From the NCBI GenBank assembly GCA_943787795.1, contig CALSNU010000001.1, positions 960,001 to 1,024,000 of the forward strand: 64,000 nucleotides of DNA, in the 5' to 3' direction. Below the pieces are notes generated by a model. It worked only from the letters and a program-made list of their open reading frames with translations. It was not told where the DNA came from and searched no databases. The translations under genes were made by a program, and so were the position numbers. This stretch comes from an uncultured bacterium. GTDB lineage: Bacteria > Planctomycetota > UBA1135 > GCA-002686595. Positions 19,717-29,301 of the stretch are shown here, piece by piece. The stretch's first letter is position 1; each line of letters starts with the position of its first letter.

Positions 19717-21639
19717 TTGAAGGGCCTCGATCCGGACCTGCGTGCCTTGCAAGAGGTGCGCGACGCTGTCTCCCGCGCGAAAGCCGCGCAGGAGGTGGCG
19801 GCCTCGTGGACGCAGGAGCAGACGGATCGAGTGTGCGCCGCGATGGCGGCGGCCGCCGCGGCCGCGGCCCACGACCTCGCGCGGCTCGCCGTGGACGAGA
19901 CCGGGATCGGGCGCGTCCACTACAAGATCCTGAAGAACCTGTTCGGTTCAGAGGGCGTCTGGGACTCCATCCGCGACGAGCGGACGGTGGGCTTCGTGGA
20001 GCGCGACGACCGCCGCGGCGTGCATGAGGTTGCGACGCCGGTGGGCGTGGTGGCGGGCATCGTCCCGACCACGAACCCGACGTCCACGTCCATGTACAAG
20101 GCGCTGATCTCGGTGAAGGCGCGCAACGCCGTGGTCATCAGCCCGCACCCCCGGGCCAAGCGCTGCATCGCGGAGACCTGCGAGATCATGCGGCGCGCGA
20201 TCGAGCGCGCAGGGGGGCCGCCCGACCTCGTCGTGTGCCTCAATCACCCGACGATCGAGTCCACGGGCGCGCTCATGAAGCACCGCGACGTGGCCGTCAT
20301 CCTCTCCACCGGCGGCAGCGGCCTGGTGCGCGCGGCCTACTCCAGCGGCAAGCCCGCTTACGGCGTGGGGCCCGGGAACGTGCCGTGCTACGTGGACCGC
20401 TCCGCCGATCTCGGCAAGGCGGCTGAGGCGGTGGTGTCCAGCCAGAGCTTCGACAACGCGACGCTGTGCTGCTCCGAGCAGGCGCTGGTGCTCGACCGGC
20501 CGATCGCCCAGCGCTTCCTCGCGGAGATGCAGGCGCGCGGGGCCCACGTCGCCACCGACGCCGAGCGCAAGCGGCTCGAGGCCTTCTGCAACCGCGGCGG
20601 CCAGATGAACGCGGACATCGTCGGCATCGACCCCTGGCGGGTCGCCGATCAGGCGGGCTTCCATGTGCCCCAGTCGACCACGGTCCTGCTCGCCTTCCAA
20701 GACGGCGTCGGGCGAGATCACCCGCTCTCCATCGAGATCCTCTGCCCGCTCCTCTCCGTGCACGTGGTCGACGGCTGGGAAGAGGGCTGCCGGGTCTCGA
20801 AGCAGATGCTTCACTTCGGCGGGCTCGGGCACACCATGAGCCTCCACGCCATGGACCAGGAGGTGCTCGACTCCTTCTTCCTGCAGAAGCCCGCGAGCCG
20901 GATTGTTGCGAACGGGCCCTCCTCGATGGGGGCCGTGGGCTTCTCCACCAACCTGGTCCCGTCCTTCTCCCTGGGCTGCGGTCCGCAGGCGGGGAACATC
21001 ACGAGCGACAACATCTCCGCTCGTCACCTGGTGAATATCAAGCGCGTCGCGTTCCCGACGGGCGACTGGAAGGAGCGTGAGCGCAAGGCCCACGAGCGCG
21101 CGGCCTCCATGACCGGCGCCGGGATGCCTCGCGGGTCGATGATGGATGGAGACCCGGGCCACCGGGGGTCCACCGCGCCGGTCCCGAACCTGCCGGCGGC
21201 CCCCGCGCCGACCCCTCGGGTCCCCGGGGGGACCTCGTTCACGCCCCCTGCTCCCCCTGTCGTGAGCGCTCGTCCGGCGGCCCCCGCACACCGTCCCGCT
21301 CCTCCGGTCGTGAAGGCCCCCGCTGCGCGGCCCGCCGCTTTGGCCCCGGCCGGTCCCGACCCCACGAAGGTCGGCGGCCTCGGCTCGGCGCCGCGCTTCA
21401 CGTCCGATCGACCGGCTGCGGCTGGATCTGCGGCTGGATCTGCGGCTGGAGCCGCCGGCAGAGCGGCCGCGCCCCAGGCCCCGGCAGCGCCTCCGGCCAG
21501 GCCCCAGGCCGAGTCGGGCGTCTCCCTCTCCTCCTCGGAGATCGAGAAGATGCTCGAGAATGCCGGCGCTGGCTGCCCGCTCGGCCCGTGCCAGGGCTGC
21601 CCGCACCACGACGTCCAATCCCACACGTGCACCGCCTGA
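19717..21639 (+). CDS. CoA-acylating aldehyde dehydrogenase (EutE/PduP-like) with long C-terminal extension
   Basis: [50 protein letters not shown]; Pro/Ala-rich linker and Cys-rich tail. Confidence 0.93.
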   Translation: MKGLDPDLRALQEVRDAVSRAKAAQEVAASWTQEQTDRVCAAMAAAAAAAAHDLARLAVDETGIGRVHYKILKNLFGSEGVWDSIRDERTVGFVERDDRRGVHEVATPVGVVAGIVPTTNPTSTSMYKALISVKARNAVVISPHPRAKRCIAETCEIMRRAIERAGGPPDLVVCLNHPTIESTGALMKHRDVAVILSTGGSGLVRAAYSSGKPAYGVGPGNVPCYVDRSADLGKAAEAVVSSQSFDNATLCCSEQALVLDRPIAQRFLAEMQARGAHVATDAERKRLEAFCNRGGQMNADIVGIDPWRVADQAGFHVPQSTTVLLAFQDGVGRDHPLSIEILCPLLSVHVVDGWEEGCRVSKQMLHFGGLGHTMSLHAMDQEVLDSFFLQKPASRIVANGPSSMGAVGFSTNLVPSFSLGCGPQAGNITSDNISARHLVNIKRVAFPTGDWKERERKAHERAASMTGAGMPRGSMMDGDPGHRGSTAPVPNLPAAPAPTPRVPGGTSFTPPAPPVVSARPAAPAHRPAPPVVKAPAARPAALAPAGPDPTKVGGLGSAPRFTSDRPAAAGSAAGSAAGAAGRAAAPQAPAAPPARPQAESGVSLSSSEIEKMLENAGAGCPLGPCQGCPHHDVQSHTCTA

Positions 21640-21682
21640 TCGCGGACACGTCTTTCCCTGAACCGAATCTACAAGTCATCCC

Positions 21683-21964
21683 ATGGCTACTGAATCCCAG
21701 ATCGCCCTCGGCCTGATCGAGACCAAGGGTCTCGTCGGCTCCGTCGAGGCCGCTGACGCGATGTGCAAGGCCGCCAAGGTCACGCTCCTCTCCAAGGAGA
21801 AGTCCGGCGCAGGCCTCGTCACCGTGATGGTGCGCGGCGAGGTCGGCGCGGTGAAGGCCGCGACCGAGGCCGGCGCTGCCGCTGCCCGCCGCGTCGGCGA
21901 GCTCGTCAGCGTGCACGTCATCCCGCGTCCGTCCTCGGACCTCGAAGGCTACCTGCCCGAGTAG
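21683..21964 (+). CDS. BMC-H hexameric shell protein
   Basis: [40 protein letters not shown]. Confidence 0.96.
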   Translation: MATESQIALGLIETKGLVGSVEAADAMCKAAKVTLLSKEKSGAGLVTVMVRGEVGAVKAATEAGAAAARRVGELVSVHVIPRPSSDLEGYLPE

Positions 21965-21971
21965 GCCGTAC

Positions 21972-22622
21972 TTGTCCGGAACGCTTCATGCCGTGGAGCT
22001 CCGCGGTGCGGTTCATCTCGACCAGATGCAGCCGCAGCTCACCGCGATCAGCGCCCTGAAGTCGGACGGCTACTTCCCCGTGGAGGGGGATAGCGCGTTC
22101 TGGCTAGAGGTGCGCCCCGGCATCGTGGTGAATCGGCTGCTCGACATCGCGCTCAAGCGCTGCGACGTCACGCCCGGAGCGCTCACCACCGAGCGTCACT
22201 ACGGCAGCCTCGAGGTGCACGGTCCGGACCAGGGCCAGGTCCTCCAGGCGGGCGCCGAGGTGCTCAAGGCGATCGGGCGCAGCTGGGCCGACCAGCCCGC
22301 GCCGGAGGTGCTGGCCGACGAGGTCATCCGCAAGGTCACCTCGCACCACGCCAACCTCCTCAACCAGGCCAGGGCCGGCATGCTGGTCCTCGGGGACGAC
22401 GCCGTCTACACCCTGGAGGTGTCGCCCGCCGTGCACGTGGTGCGCTGCGCCAACGAGGCCGAGAAAGCGGCCCCGATCCGGATCGCGTCCATGCGCACCA
22501 CCGGCGCGGTCGGCCGGCTTCGACTGGCCGGCGGCGACGCCGAGATCGACGAGGCTGTCAAGGCCGTGCGTCGCGCCCTCGAGACCGTCCGAGAGGACCC
22601 CAGCCGGGCGGGAGGGCGCTGA
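21972..22622 (+). CDS. BMC-T, circularly permuted stacking type (CsoS1D/CcmP-like)
   Basis: LDQMQPQL, WLEVRPGI, ERHYGSLEVH..DQGQV, ANEAEKAAPI, GAVGRL. Confidence 0.88.
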   Translation: MSGTLHAVELRGAVHLDQMQPQLTAISALKSDGYFPVEGDSAFWLEVRPGIVVNRLLDIALKRCDVTPGALTTERHYGSLEVHGPDQGQVLQAGAEVLKAIGRSWADQPAPEVLADEVIRKVTSHHANLLNQARAGMLVLGDDAVYTLEVSPAVHVVRCANEAEKAAPIRIASMRTTGAVGRLRLAGGDAEIDEAVKAVRRALETVREDPSRAGGR

Positions 22623-22624
22623 TC

Positions 22625-22948
22625 ATGTTCCTTGGACGCGTCGTCGGGCAGGTCTGGGCTACGCGAGAGGTGGAAGACCTCAGGGGTAAGCGACTGCTGG
22701 TGATCGAGGCCGTCGACGACGCCTCGGACCCTGGTGCGCCCAAGGTCACGCCGGTCATCGCCGTGGACCCGGTCGGCGCGGACGTTGGCGAACACGTCAT
22801 GGTCGCCTTCGGCAAGGCCGCCCGGGTGGCATGCGGCGGCGATGGGGATCTCGCCTACGAGGCCGCCATCGTGGGCATCGTGGATGACGTCCACGCCCCG
22901 GGTGCGCCCGAGTCGTGGAGGCCCGAGTCGGCCAGGGGGCGCGCCTGA
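22625..22948 (+). CDS. BMC-P vertex protein (EutN/CcmL family)
   Basis: MFLGRVVGQVWAT..AVDPVGADVGEHV..GKAAR..AAIVGIVD. Confidence 0.95.
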   Translation: MFLGRVVGQVWATREVEDLRGKRLLVIEAVDDASDPGAPKVTPVIAVDPVGADVGEHVMVAFGKAARVACGGDGDLAYEAAIVGIVDDVHAPGAPESWRPESARGRA

Positions 22949-23259
22949 TGCACGTCGCCACCGTCATCGGCTCTGTCTGGGCCACGAAGAAGGACGCCTC
23001 GCTCGATGGCCTGCGGCTGCTCGTCGTCCGCCCTTACACCACGGACGGCAAGCCGTCCGCCGAGACCATGATCGCTGCCGACCCGATCGGCGCGGGGGAG
23101 GGCGAGCGAGTCCTCGTCGTGCACGGTCGAGCGGCGCGGCACGCCATAGGCAAGGGCCACGACATCGGCTTTCAGACGGCCGTCGTGGGCATCATCGACC
23201 GGATGGATCTCTCCGATGGCCGAACCGTCGGCCCGCACGTCGACTTTGACGAGGGCTGA
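22948..23259 (+). CDS. BMC-P vertex protein (EutN/CcmL family)
   Basis: MHVATVIGSVWATKK..AADPIGAGEGERVLV..AVVGIID; ATG overlaps the previous stop. Confidence 0.95.
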   Translation: MHVATVIGSVWATKKDASLDGLRLLVVRPYTTDGKPSAETMIAADPIGAGEGERVLVVHGRAARHAIGKGHDIGFQTAVVGIIDRMDLSDGRTVGPHVDFDEG

Positions 23260-23331
23260 CCCGGCCCGGCACAGAACAGCGCACAGAACACCCGACTCCA
23301 GGATTCAGCAAACGCACGGGGACGACCCGCC

Positions 23332-23929
23332 ATGCAGAACAACGACCACAATCCGACGCTCTCCGGAGCGGAACTGCAGCCCGCCATCGCGCTGCTCGAG
23401 ACCGCGAGCGTCGCGGCCGGGATCGAGATGACGGACGCGATCCTCTGGGAGTCCGACATCGAACTCCTGTTCGCCACGCCCGTCCAGCCCGGCAAGTACG
23501 TGGTGCTCTTCACCGGAAGCATCGAGGACCTGCGCAGCGCCCTGCGGCGCGGGGCCGAGGTGGCCCGTGGGGACCTCGTCGACCAGCTGCTGATCCCCCA
23601 GGTGGAGGCGGGCGTCTGCGAGGCGCTGCGCCGCCAGGGGCAGCCGCTCCCGGACGGCGAGCTGGACGCGGTCGGGGTGGTGGAGACCACCACCGTCGCC
23701 GCCAGCATCCTCGCCGCCGACATTGCCCTCAAGGAGGCGAGCGTCGACCTGCTCGACCTGCGCGTGGCCAACGGGCTCGGCGGGAAGAGCTTCCTGACGA
23801 TCACCGGCGAGGTGAGCGACGTGCGGAGCTCGGTGCAGGGCCGCCGCTGGCAGCGCGGACTCCTCCGGGCGCCTCGCCCGTCACGTGGTCATCCCGCGTC
23901 CGCACCCCGAGCTCTCGGCGCACCTCTGA
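23332..23929 (+). CDS. BMC-T, PduT-like; apparent +1 frameshift at 23838-23840
   Basis: Two BMC domains (IALLETASVAAG..PGKY; AVGVVETTTVAASILAADIALK..GLGGKSF); removing one G restores RHVVIPRPHPEL-SAHL-stop (198 aa). Confidence 0.88.
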
Positions 23930-23955
23930 TCCCTCGAGGTCGGGCGGAGTGATTC

Positions 23956-24250
23956 ATGGCGTCGAGGAAGAAGCTCGTGACGGAGGCGGACGTGCGGCGC
24001 ATGGCGTCCGGCACGCGCGAGCTTGTCCTTGGCCCCGAACGGATCGCGACCCCCCGCGGCCCTCGACCTCGCCTTCTCCAGGGGCATGAAGGTGATCTAC
24101 GCGGAGGCCGACGCGGCGTCTCCGCTTCCCAGCGATCTGTGGTCGCGCATCAAGTCCAGGGACGGCACCTACGTCGTCCAGGTCGAGAGCGGACGGGCCA
24201 CCGTCACGCGGCTCGGCCCGGCCGGCCCCGAGCCCATCGGCGGAGAGTGA
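23956..24250 (+). CDS. Small BMC-associated protein with EutQ-N-like domain; apparent +1 frameshift at 24050-24055
   Basis: KKLVTEADVRR..ELVLGPERIATP continues as AALDLAFSRGMKVIY after removing one C (97 aa). Confidence 0.7.
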
Positions 24251-24257
24251 ACGAGCT

Positions 24258-24758
24258 ATGACCAAGAGATTCCTGACAGCTGAGGACGTCCGGCGACTCG
24301 GCGGCCCCGAGATCCTCCTCGAGGAGGGGACCGTCGTGACGCCCCAGGCCGCGGAGGCGGCGGCCACCGCGGGCGTCCGCCTCATTGGCCCCGCGGGCGC
24401 TTACGCGCCGCCGCTCCCCGACAGGGGACCGGACGCGGCGCGGGCCAAGGCGACCCTGCCCCACCTCCCCGAGCCCTCGACCACCGATGGCATCGGGCTG
24501 GTGGTGACCGTCGTCGGGCGCAACCGACCCGGCGTCCTCGCCGAGATCACGGCCGCCCTCGCGTCCCACGAGTGCGACGTGGCGGACATCAGCCAGCGCA
24601 ACGTCGGCGGCTACTTCCACACGGTGTTCACCTGCGCCGTGCCCCCCGGACGAGACTTCGGTTCGGTCAAAGACAGCCTCCAGTGCCTCGGCGGGGAGGG
24701 CGACTACGTCGTCCGCGTCATGCACGAGAGCGTCTTCCGCTTCATGCACCGCGTCTAG
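24258..24758 (+). CDS. EutQ-N-like domain fused to UPF0237-type ACT domain
   Basis: [27 protein letters not shown]; then [36 protein letters not shown]. Confidence 0.85.
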   Translation: MTKRFLTAEDVRRLGGPEILLEEGTVVTPQAAEAAATAGVRLIGPAGAYAPPLPDRGPDAARAKATLPHLPEPSTTDGIGLVVTVVGRNRPGVLAEITAALASHECDVADISQRNVGGYFHTVFTCAVPPGRDFGSVKDSLQCLGGEGDYVVRVMHESVFRFMHRV

Positions 24759-24771
24759 CGGAGGACCCACG

Positions 24772-26137
24772 ATGCCGTTCACCGACCACGAGATCCTCGA
24801 GACCGTCCGGATGTTCGAGCTGGAGACGTTCGACATTCGAACGACCACGCTCGGCATCAACCTGCTCGACTGCGCTGACCCGGACCTGGAGTCGTCGTGC
24901 GAGAAGGTCTACGCCAAGATCGTGCACCACGGTCGCAACCTGGTGGAGACGGCGGGCAGCATCGAGTCGGACCTGGGCATCCCGATCATCAACAAGCGGG
25001 TCGCCACCACGCCGATCGCGCTGGTCGCGGCGGCCTCCGGCTCGAAGGACCTCGTCCCCTTCGCGCGCGCCATGGACGCGGCCGCCGAGGAGATCGGGAT
25101 CGACTACATCGGCGGCTACACCGCGTACGTGCACAAGGGCTACTCCAACGCCGACCACGCCCTGCTGGAGTCCATCCCCGAGGCGCTCGCGTCCACCGCG
25201 CGCGTCTGCTCCTCGGTCTCCCTCGCGACGACCAAGGCCGGGATCAACATGGACGCGGTCTCGCACTTCTCGAAAGTGGTCCTCGACACTGCGCGTCTCA
25301 CCGCGAGCGAGGGCGGCCTGGGCTGCGCGAAGCTGGTCTGCTTCTCCAACCCGGTGGAGGACAACCCGTTCATCGCCGGCGCCCACATCGGCATCGGCGA
25401 GCCGGAGACGGTCCTCAACGTCGGGGTGTCCGGCCCCGGCGTGGTGCGCTCGGCCCTCGAGCGCCTCGGCCCCGACGCCGACCTGCTGGCGGTCGCCGAG
25501 ACCATCAAGCGCACGGCCTTCAAGATCACCCGCATGGGCGAGCTCGTGGGCCGCGAGGCCGCGCGCCGGCTGGGGACCGTGTTCGGCATCGTCGACGTGT
25601 CCCTCGCGCCGACTCCCGCGGTGGGGGACTCGGTGGCGGACATCCTGGAGCTCATCGGGGTGGAGCGGACCGGCGCGCCGGGCACCACCGCCGCCCTCGC
25701 GCTGCTCACCGACGCCGTCAAGAAGGGGGGGGCCATGGCCTCGTCCAGCGTCGGCGGCCTCTCCGGGGCGTTCATCCCGGTGTCCGAGGACGCGGGGATG
25801 ATCCAGGGCCGTGGCGGACGGCGCCCTGAGCCTCGCGAAGCTCGAGGCCATGACGACCGTGTGCTCGGTCGGCCTCGACATGATCGCGGTCCCCGGGGAC
25901 ACCAGCCAGGCGACGCTCGCGGGCATCATCGCGGATGAGATGGCGATCGGCATGGTCAACCAGAAGACCACCGCCGTGCGCGCGATCCCGGTGCCCGGCA
26001 AGAGGCCCGGGGAGACCCACGACTGGGGCGGGCTGCTCGGCACCGCGATCGTCCAGGACCCCGGGAGGTTCGGCAGCGAGGTCTTCCACTCCCGCGGCGG
26101 GCGGATCCCCGCGCCGCTCCAGAGCTATCGGAACTGA
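24772..26137 (+). CDS. DUF711/UPF0210 PFL-fold family protein; apparent +1 frameshift at 25806-25808
   Basis: [66 protein letters not shown], then [15 protein letters not shown] in the next frame (454 aa joined). Confidence 0.92.
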
Positions 26138-26139
26138 GG

Positions 26140-26498
26140 GAGGAGACGGTCGCGCCGGTCCTCGGGCGCCCGAGGACTCCCGCTCCGGCCCGGGGCTCGT
26201 CCCCCTGCTCTGGGGGAGCCTCGTCCTCGTGGCGGCGGCGCTGGCCCTGGCGATCAAGGACATGAGCGGGGCCAACCGGCCCCACGAGCTCACCCTCTCC
26301 CCGCTGGTCGCGCTGCTGCTGCTCGTGAACGGTGGCGTGTTGGTCGCGGCCATTCGAGTGCACGGTCAGCGCCTCGCGCGGCGGCGAACCGTCCTGCGAG
26401 GCCTGCAGCACGGGGGGCTCTGGCTGTACGCCGCCGTCTGCGCGCTGCTCCTGGTCATCGCCACCGCCACGGCGATCGACGTGTTCCTCGCTCGCTAG
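26140..26498 (+). CDS. Possible small 3-TM membrane protein (start codon unclear)
   Basis: Three hydrophobic segments in the 25935..26498 frame; no obvious start after the DUF711 stop. Confidence 0.4.
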
Positions 26499-26657
26499 GT
26501 CACCGGCCACGGGGCGCGTTCCGGCGCGCTGGCTCCGGGGAAGTCGTCCGCTCATGAGACCCTGGCGGCGCGGGTGCGTGCCCGGGTCCACGGTTTCCCG
26601 AGGGGCGCCTACGATGGCGTCGTCCCCGCTCCCCTCAGAGTCCCCAGCTCCAGCGCC

Positions 26658-29114
26658 ATGCGTCACTCCCTGCACCTCGCCGCCGCGTCCGCCCTCGTCC
26701 TCGCTCCGCTCGCCGCAGCGCCCCAGGGCGAGGGGCCGGGGCAAACCGATGCCGACACGCGCATGCGCCTGTACGGGGAGCACCTCGACCTGGTGTCGGG
26801 CTCTCCCCATGGGGACCTCAACTGGCAGTTCGCCGGCCCGACGAACATCAGCGGCCGTATCACTGACGTGGCGGTCACGAGCCCGCGGGGCGAGACCTAT
26901 ACGCTGTACGTCGCGGGCGCGTCCTCCGGCGTCTGGAAGTCCATCAACGAGGGGGTCTCATGGGAGTGCGTGTTTGACGAGGCGCCCAGCATGTCGATCG
27001 GCGACGTGACCCTGGACCCCTCGAACCAAGAGACGGTCTGGGTCGGCACGGGCGAGGCCAACATCTTCCGCAGCTCAATGGCCGGCGCCGGGGTCTACCG
27101 CTCGCTGGACGGCGGGGCGACCTGGGAGCACCGCGGCCTCGCGGAGACGCACACGATCGCGCGCATCGTCGTGCACCCCGGCGACTCCGACACGGTCTAC
27201 GTGGCCGCCTCCGGCAACGAGTGGACCTCGAACCCCGAGCGCGGCGTGTACCGGACCCGGGACGGCGGCGAGAACTGGATCCAGGTCCTCTCCGTGGACG
27301 ACGAGTCCGGCGCCATCGACCTCGTGCTCGACCCCGCGGACCCCGACACGGTCTACGCCTCGACCTGGCAGCGCACGCGACAGCGCTGGAATGACCCCCG
27401 CAACACCCCGACCACCGCCGGGAGCGGCATCTGGCGCAGCGACGACGGCGGCGACAGCTGGAGCCCCATCAACGAGGGGCTCCCGGAGCCGCGCTTTCGC
27501 GGCCGGATCGGGATCGACCTGTGCGCTTCGCAGCCAGAGACGATCTACGCCTTCGTCGACAACTACGAGCTGGGCGAGGTCGGCGAGGATGAGGTCGACT
27601 CCTACAACCGCAAGCGCAAGGCCTCGATCAAGGGCGCCGAGGTCTACCGCTCCGATGACAGCGGCGCCTCGTGGCGCCGGGTGTCGGAGTCCAACGAGAC
27701 CATGCGTCGGCTCTCCGCGACCTACGGCTGGGTCTTCGGCCAGCTGCGCGTCGATCCGACCGACCCCGAGCGTGTCTACGTCATGGGGCTTGGCCTCAAC
27801 GTCTCGGAGGACGGCGGCAAGACCTTCCGTCGGCTGCGCGGCATGCACGGAGACCACCACGCGCTCTGGATCGACCCCGAGAACCCGCGCTACCTCGTCA
27901 ACGGCAATGACGGCGGGGTCGCCATCTCCTACGACGGCGGCGAGCGCTGGCGCACCTTCTACGACAACCTCCCGCTGGCGCAGTTCTACAACGTGGGCCT
28001 CGACATGGCGGAGCCGTTCCGCGTGTACGGGTCCGTCCAGGACCACGGGTCCTATCGGGCGGAGGTCGATCTCCGTCGAGGCCGCGACCGCGTACGCGCG
28101 GTGGACTTCGAGCGGGCGCCGGGCGGTGAGGCCAGCTATCACGCCGTGGATCCCACGGACGCCGACGTGGTCTACCACGAAGGCTTCTACGGATCGATCC
28201 GCCGCGCTCACATGGAGAGCGGAGAGCGCGTGACCCTCGACCTCCCGGTGGCGGATGGGGAGGAGGATCTACGCGGCCAGTGGTTGGCCCCCTTCCTGAT
28301 CTCCCACCACAACCCGCGCATCATCTACCACGGCATGAACAAGGTCTTCCGCTCCCTCGATCGGGGGGAGAACTTCGAGGCCATCAGCCCGGACCTCTCC
28401 TTCGCCAGGGACGAGCGCAAGGGGGACATCCCGTTCCAGACCATCACGACGCTAGCAGAGTCACCGCAGCGCTTCGGGGTGTTGTACGCGGGGACGGACG
28501 ACGGGCGCCTTCACATGACCGGCGACAGCGGCGCCACCTGGACCGAGCTCGGTGACCGCTTCGCGCCGGACCGAGCCTTCTCCAGGGTCGAGGCCTCGCG
28601 CCACACGGAGGGCGTCATCTTCGCCGCCCAGAACGGCAAGCGGAACGAGGACTTCACGCCTTACCTCTGGATGTCTCACGACCACGGTGAGACCTGGCGC
28701 AGCATCGCGGGAGGGGTCCCCCTCGGTCCGATCAATGTCATCCGCGAGGACCCGAAGAACCCGCAGGTGCTCTACGTCGGCACCGACCTGGGCGTCTATG
28801 TGTCGTCCGATCGCGGGGGGAGCTGGGACGCGCTGGTGGCCGGGCTGCCCAACACCTTCGTCCATGATCTCGCGGTGCACCCCCGCGATGACGTTCTCGT
28901 GGCCGGGACGCACGGCCGGGGCGTCTGGGTCCTCGATGTCCGTCCGATCCAGGACCCGGAGGCCGCTCGCGCGGCTCGAGAGGCGGCCGAAGCCGCCGCG
29001 GCTGAGGCTGCGGCCTCGGACGGGGACGAGGAAGACCAGGAGGAAGAGGAGGACCCTGCCGAGGAAGAGGCGGCCGCCGCGCGGGCCCGTGCGGCGGGTG
29101 GCGCTGGAGCCTGA
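26658..29114 (+). CDS. Secreted BNR/Asp-box repeat beta-propeller (VPS10/sortilin-like, putative glycosyl hydrolase)
   Basis: Signal peptide; GPTNISGRI; many SxDGGxxW boxes; HGDHHALWIDP; GTHGRGVWVLD; acidic tail. Confidence 0.88.
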   Translation: MRHSLHLAAASALVLAPLAAAPQGEGPGQTDADTRMRLYGEHLDLVSGSPHGDLNWQFAGPTNISGRITDVAVTSPRGETYTLYVAGASSGVWKSINEGVSWECVFDEAPSMSIGDVTLDPSNQETVWVGTGEANIFRSSMAGAGVYRSLDGGATWEHRGLAETHTIARIVVHPGDSDTVYVAASGNEWTSNPERGVYRTRDGGENWIQVLSVDDESGAIDLVLDPADPDTVYASTWQRTRQRWNDPRNTPTTAGSGIWRSDDGGDSWSPINEGLPEPRFRGRIGIDLCASQPETIYAFVDNYELGEVGEDEVDSYNRKRKASIKGAEVYRSDDSGASWRRVSESNETMRRLSATYGWVFGQLRVDPTDPERVYVMGLGLNVSEDGGKTFRRLRGMHGDHHALWIDPENPRYLVNGNDGGVAISYDGGERWRTFYDNLPLAQFYNVGLDMAEPFRVYGSVQDHGSYRAEVDLRRGRDRVRAVDFERAPGGEASYHAVDPTDADVVYHEGFYGSIRRAHMESGERVTLDLPVADGEEDLRGQWLAPFLISHHNPRIIYHGMNKVFRSLDRGENFEAISPDLSFARDERKGDIPFQTITTLAESPQRFGVLYAGTDDGRLHMTGDSGATWTELGDRFAPDRAFSRVEASRHTEGVIFAAQNGKRNEDFTPYLWMSHDHGETWRSIAGGVPLGPINVIREDPKNPQVLYVGTDLGVYVSSDRGGSWDALVAGLPNTFVHDLAVHPRDDVLVAGTHGRGVWVLDVRPIQDPEAARAAREAAEAAAAEAAASDGDEEDQEEEEDPAEEEAAAARARAAGGAGA

Positions 29115-29301
29115 GCTGCGGCCTCGTCGCCTCCGGGCGAGACGGAGGGGCGCACCAGACGACCCCCAGGGCCGGATCAGGCGTCGCGGGGCATAGAAAT
29201 CTGATCGCCCGAAGTCGTAAACCGGGGCCGGACCCCATGCTAGATCCAGACGAATCCAAGGCGCCGCGAAAGCGCTCTTGACCCTCTCCCAAGAAGCCAC
29301 C

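Noticed and set aside
23332..23929. Fe-S-binding PduT-type pore
   Set aside because: The sequence reads PVQPGK where PduT has the ligand Cys before PGK.
19356..26137. Assignment as a PVM, EUT, PDU or glycyl-radical microcompartment
   Set aside because: No aldolase, PduL, acetate kinase, EutBC, PduCDE, canonical glycyl-radical enzyme or radical-SAM activase is visible in the window.
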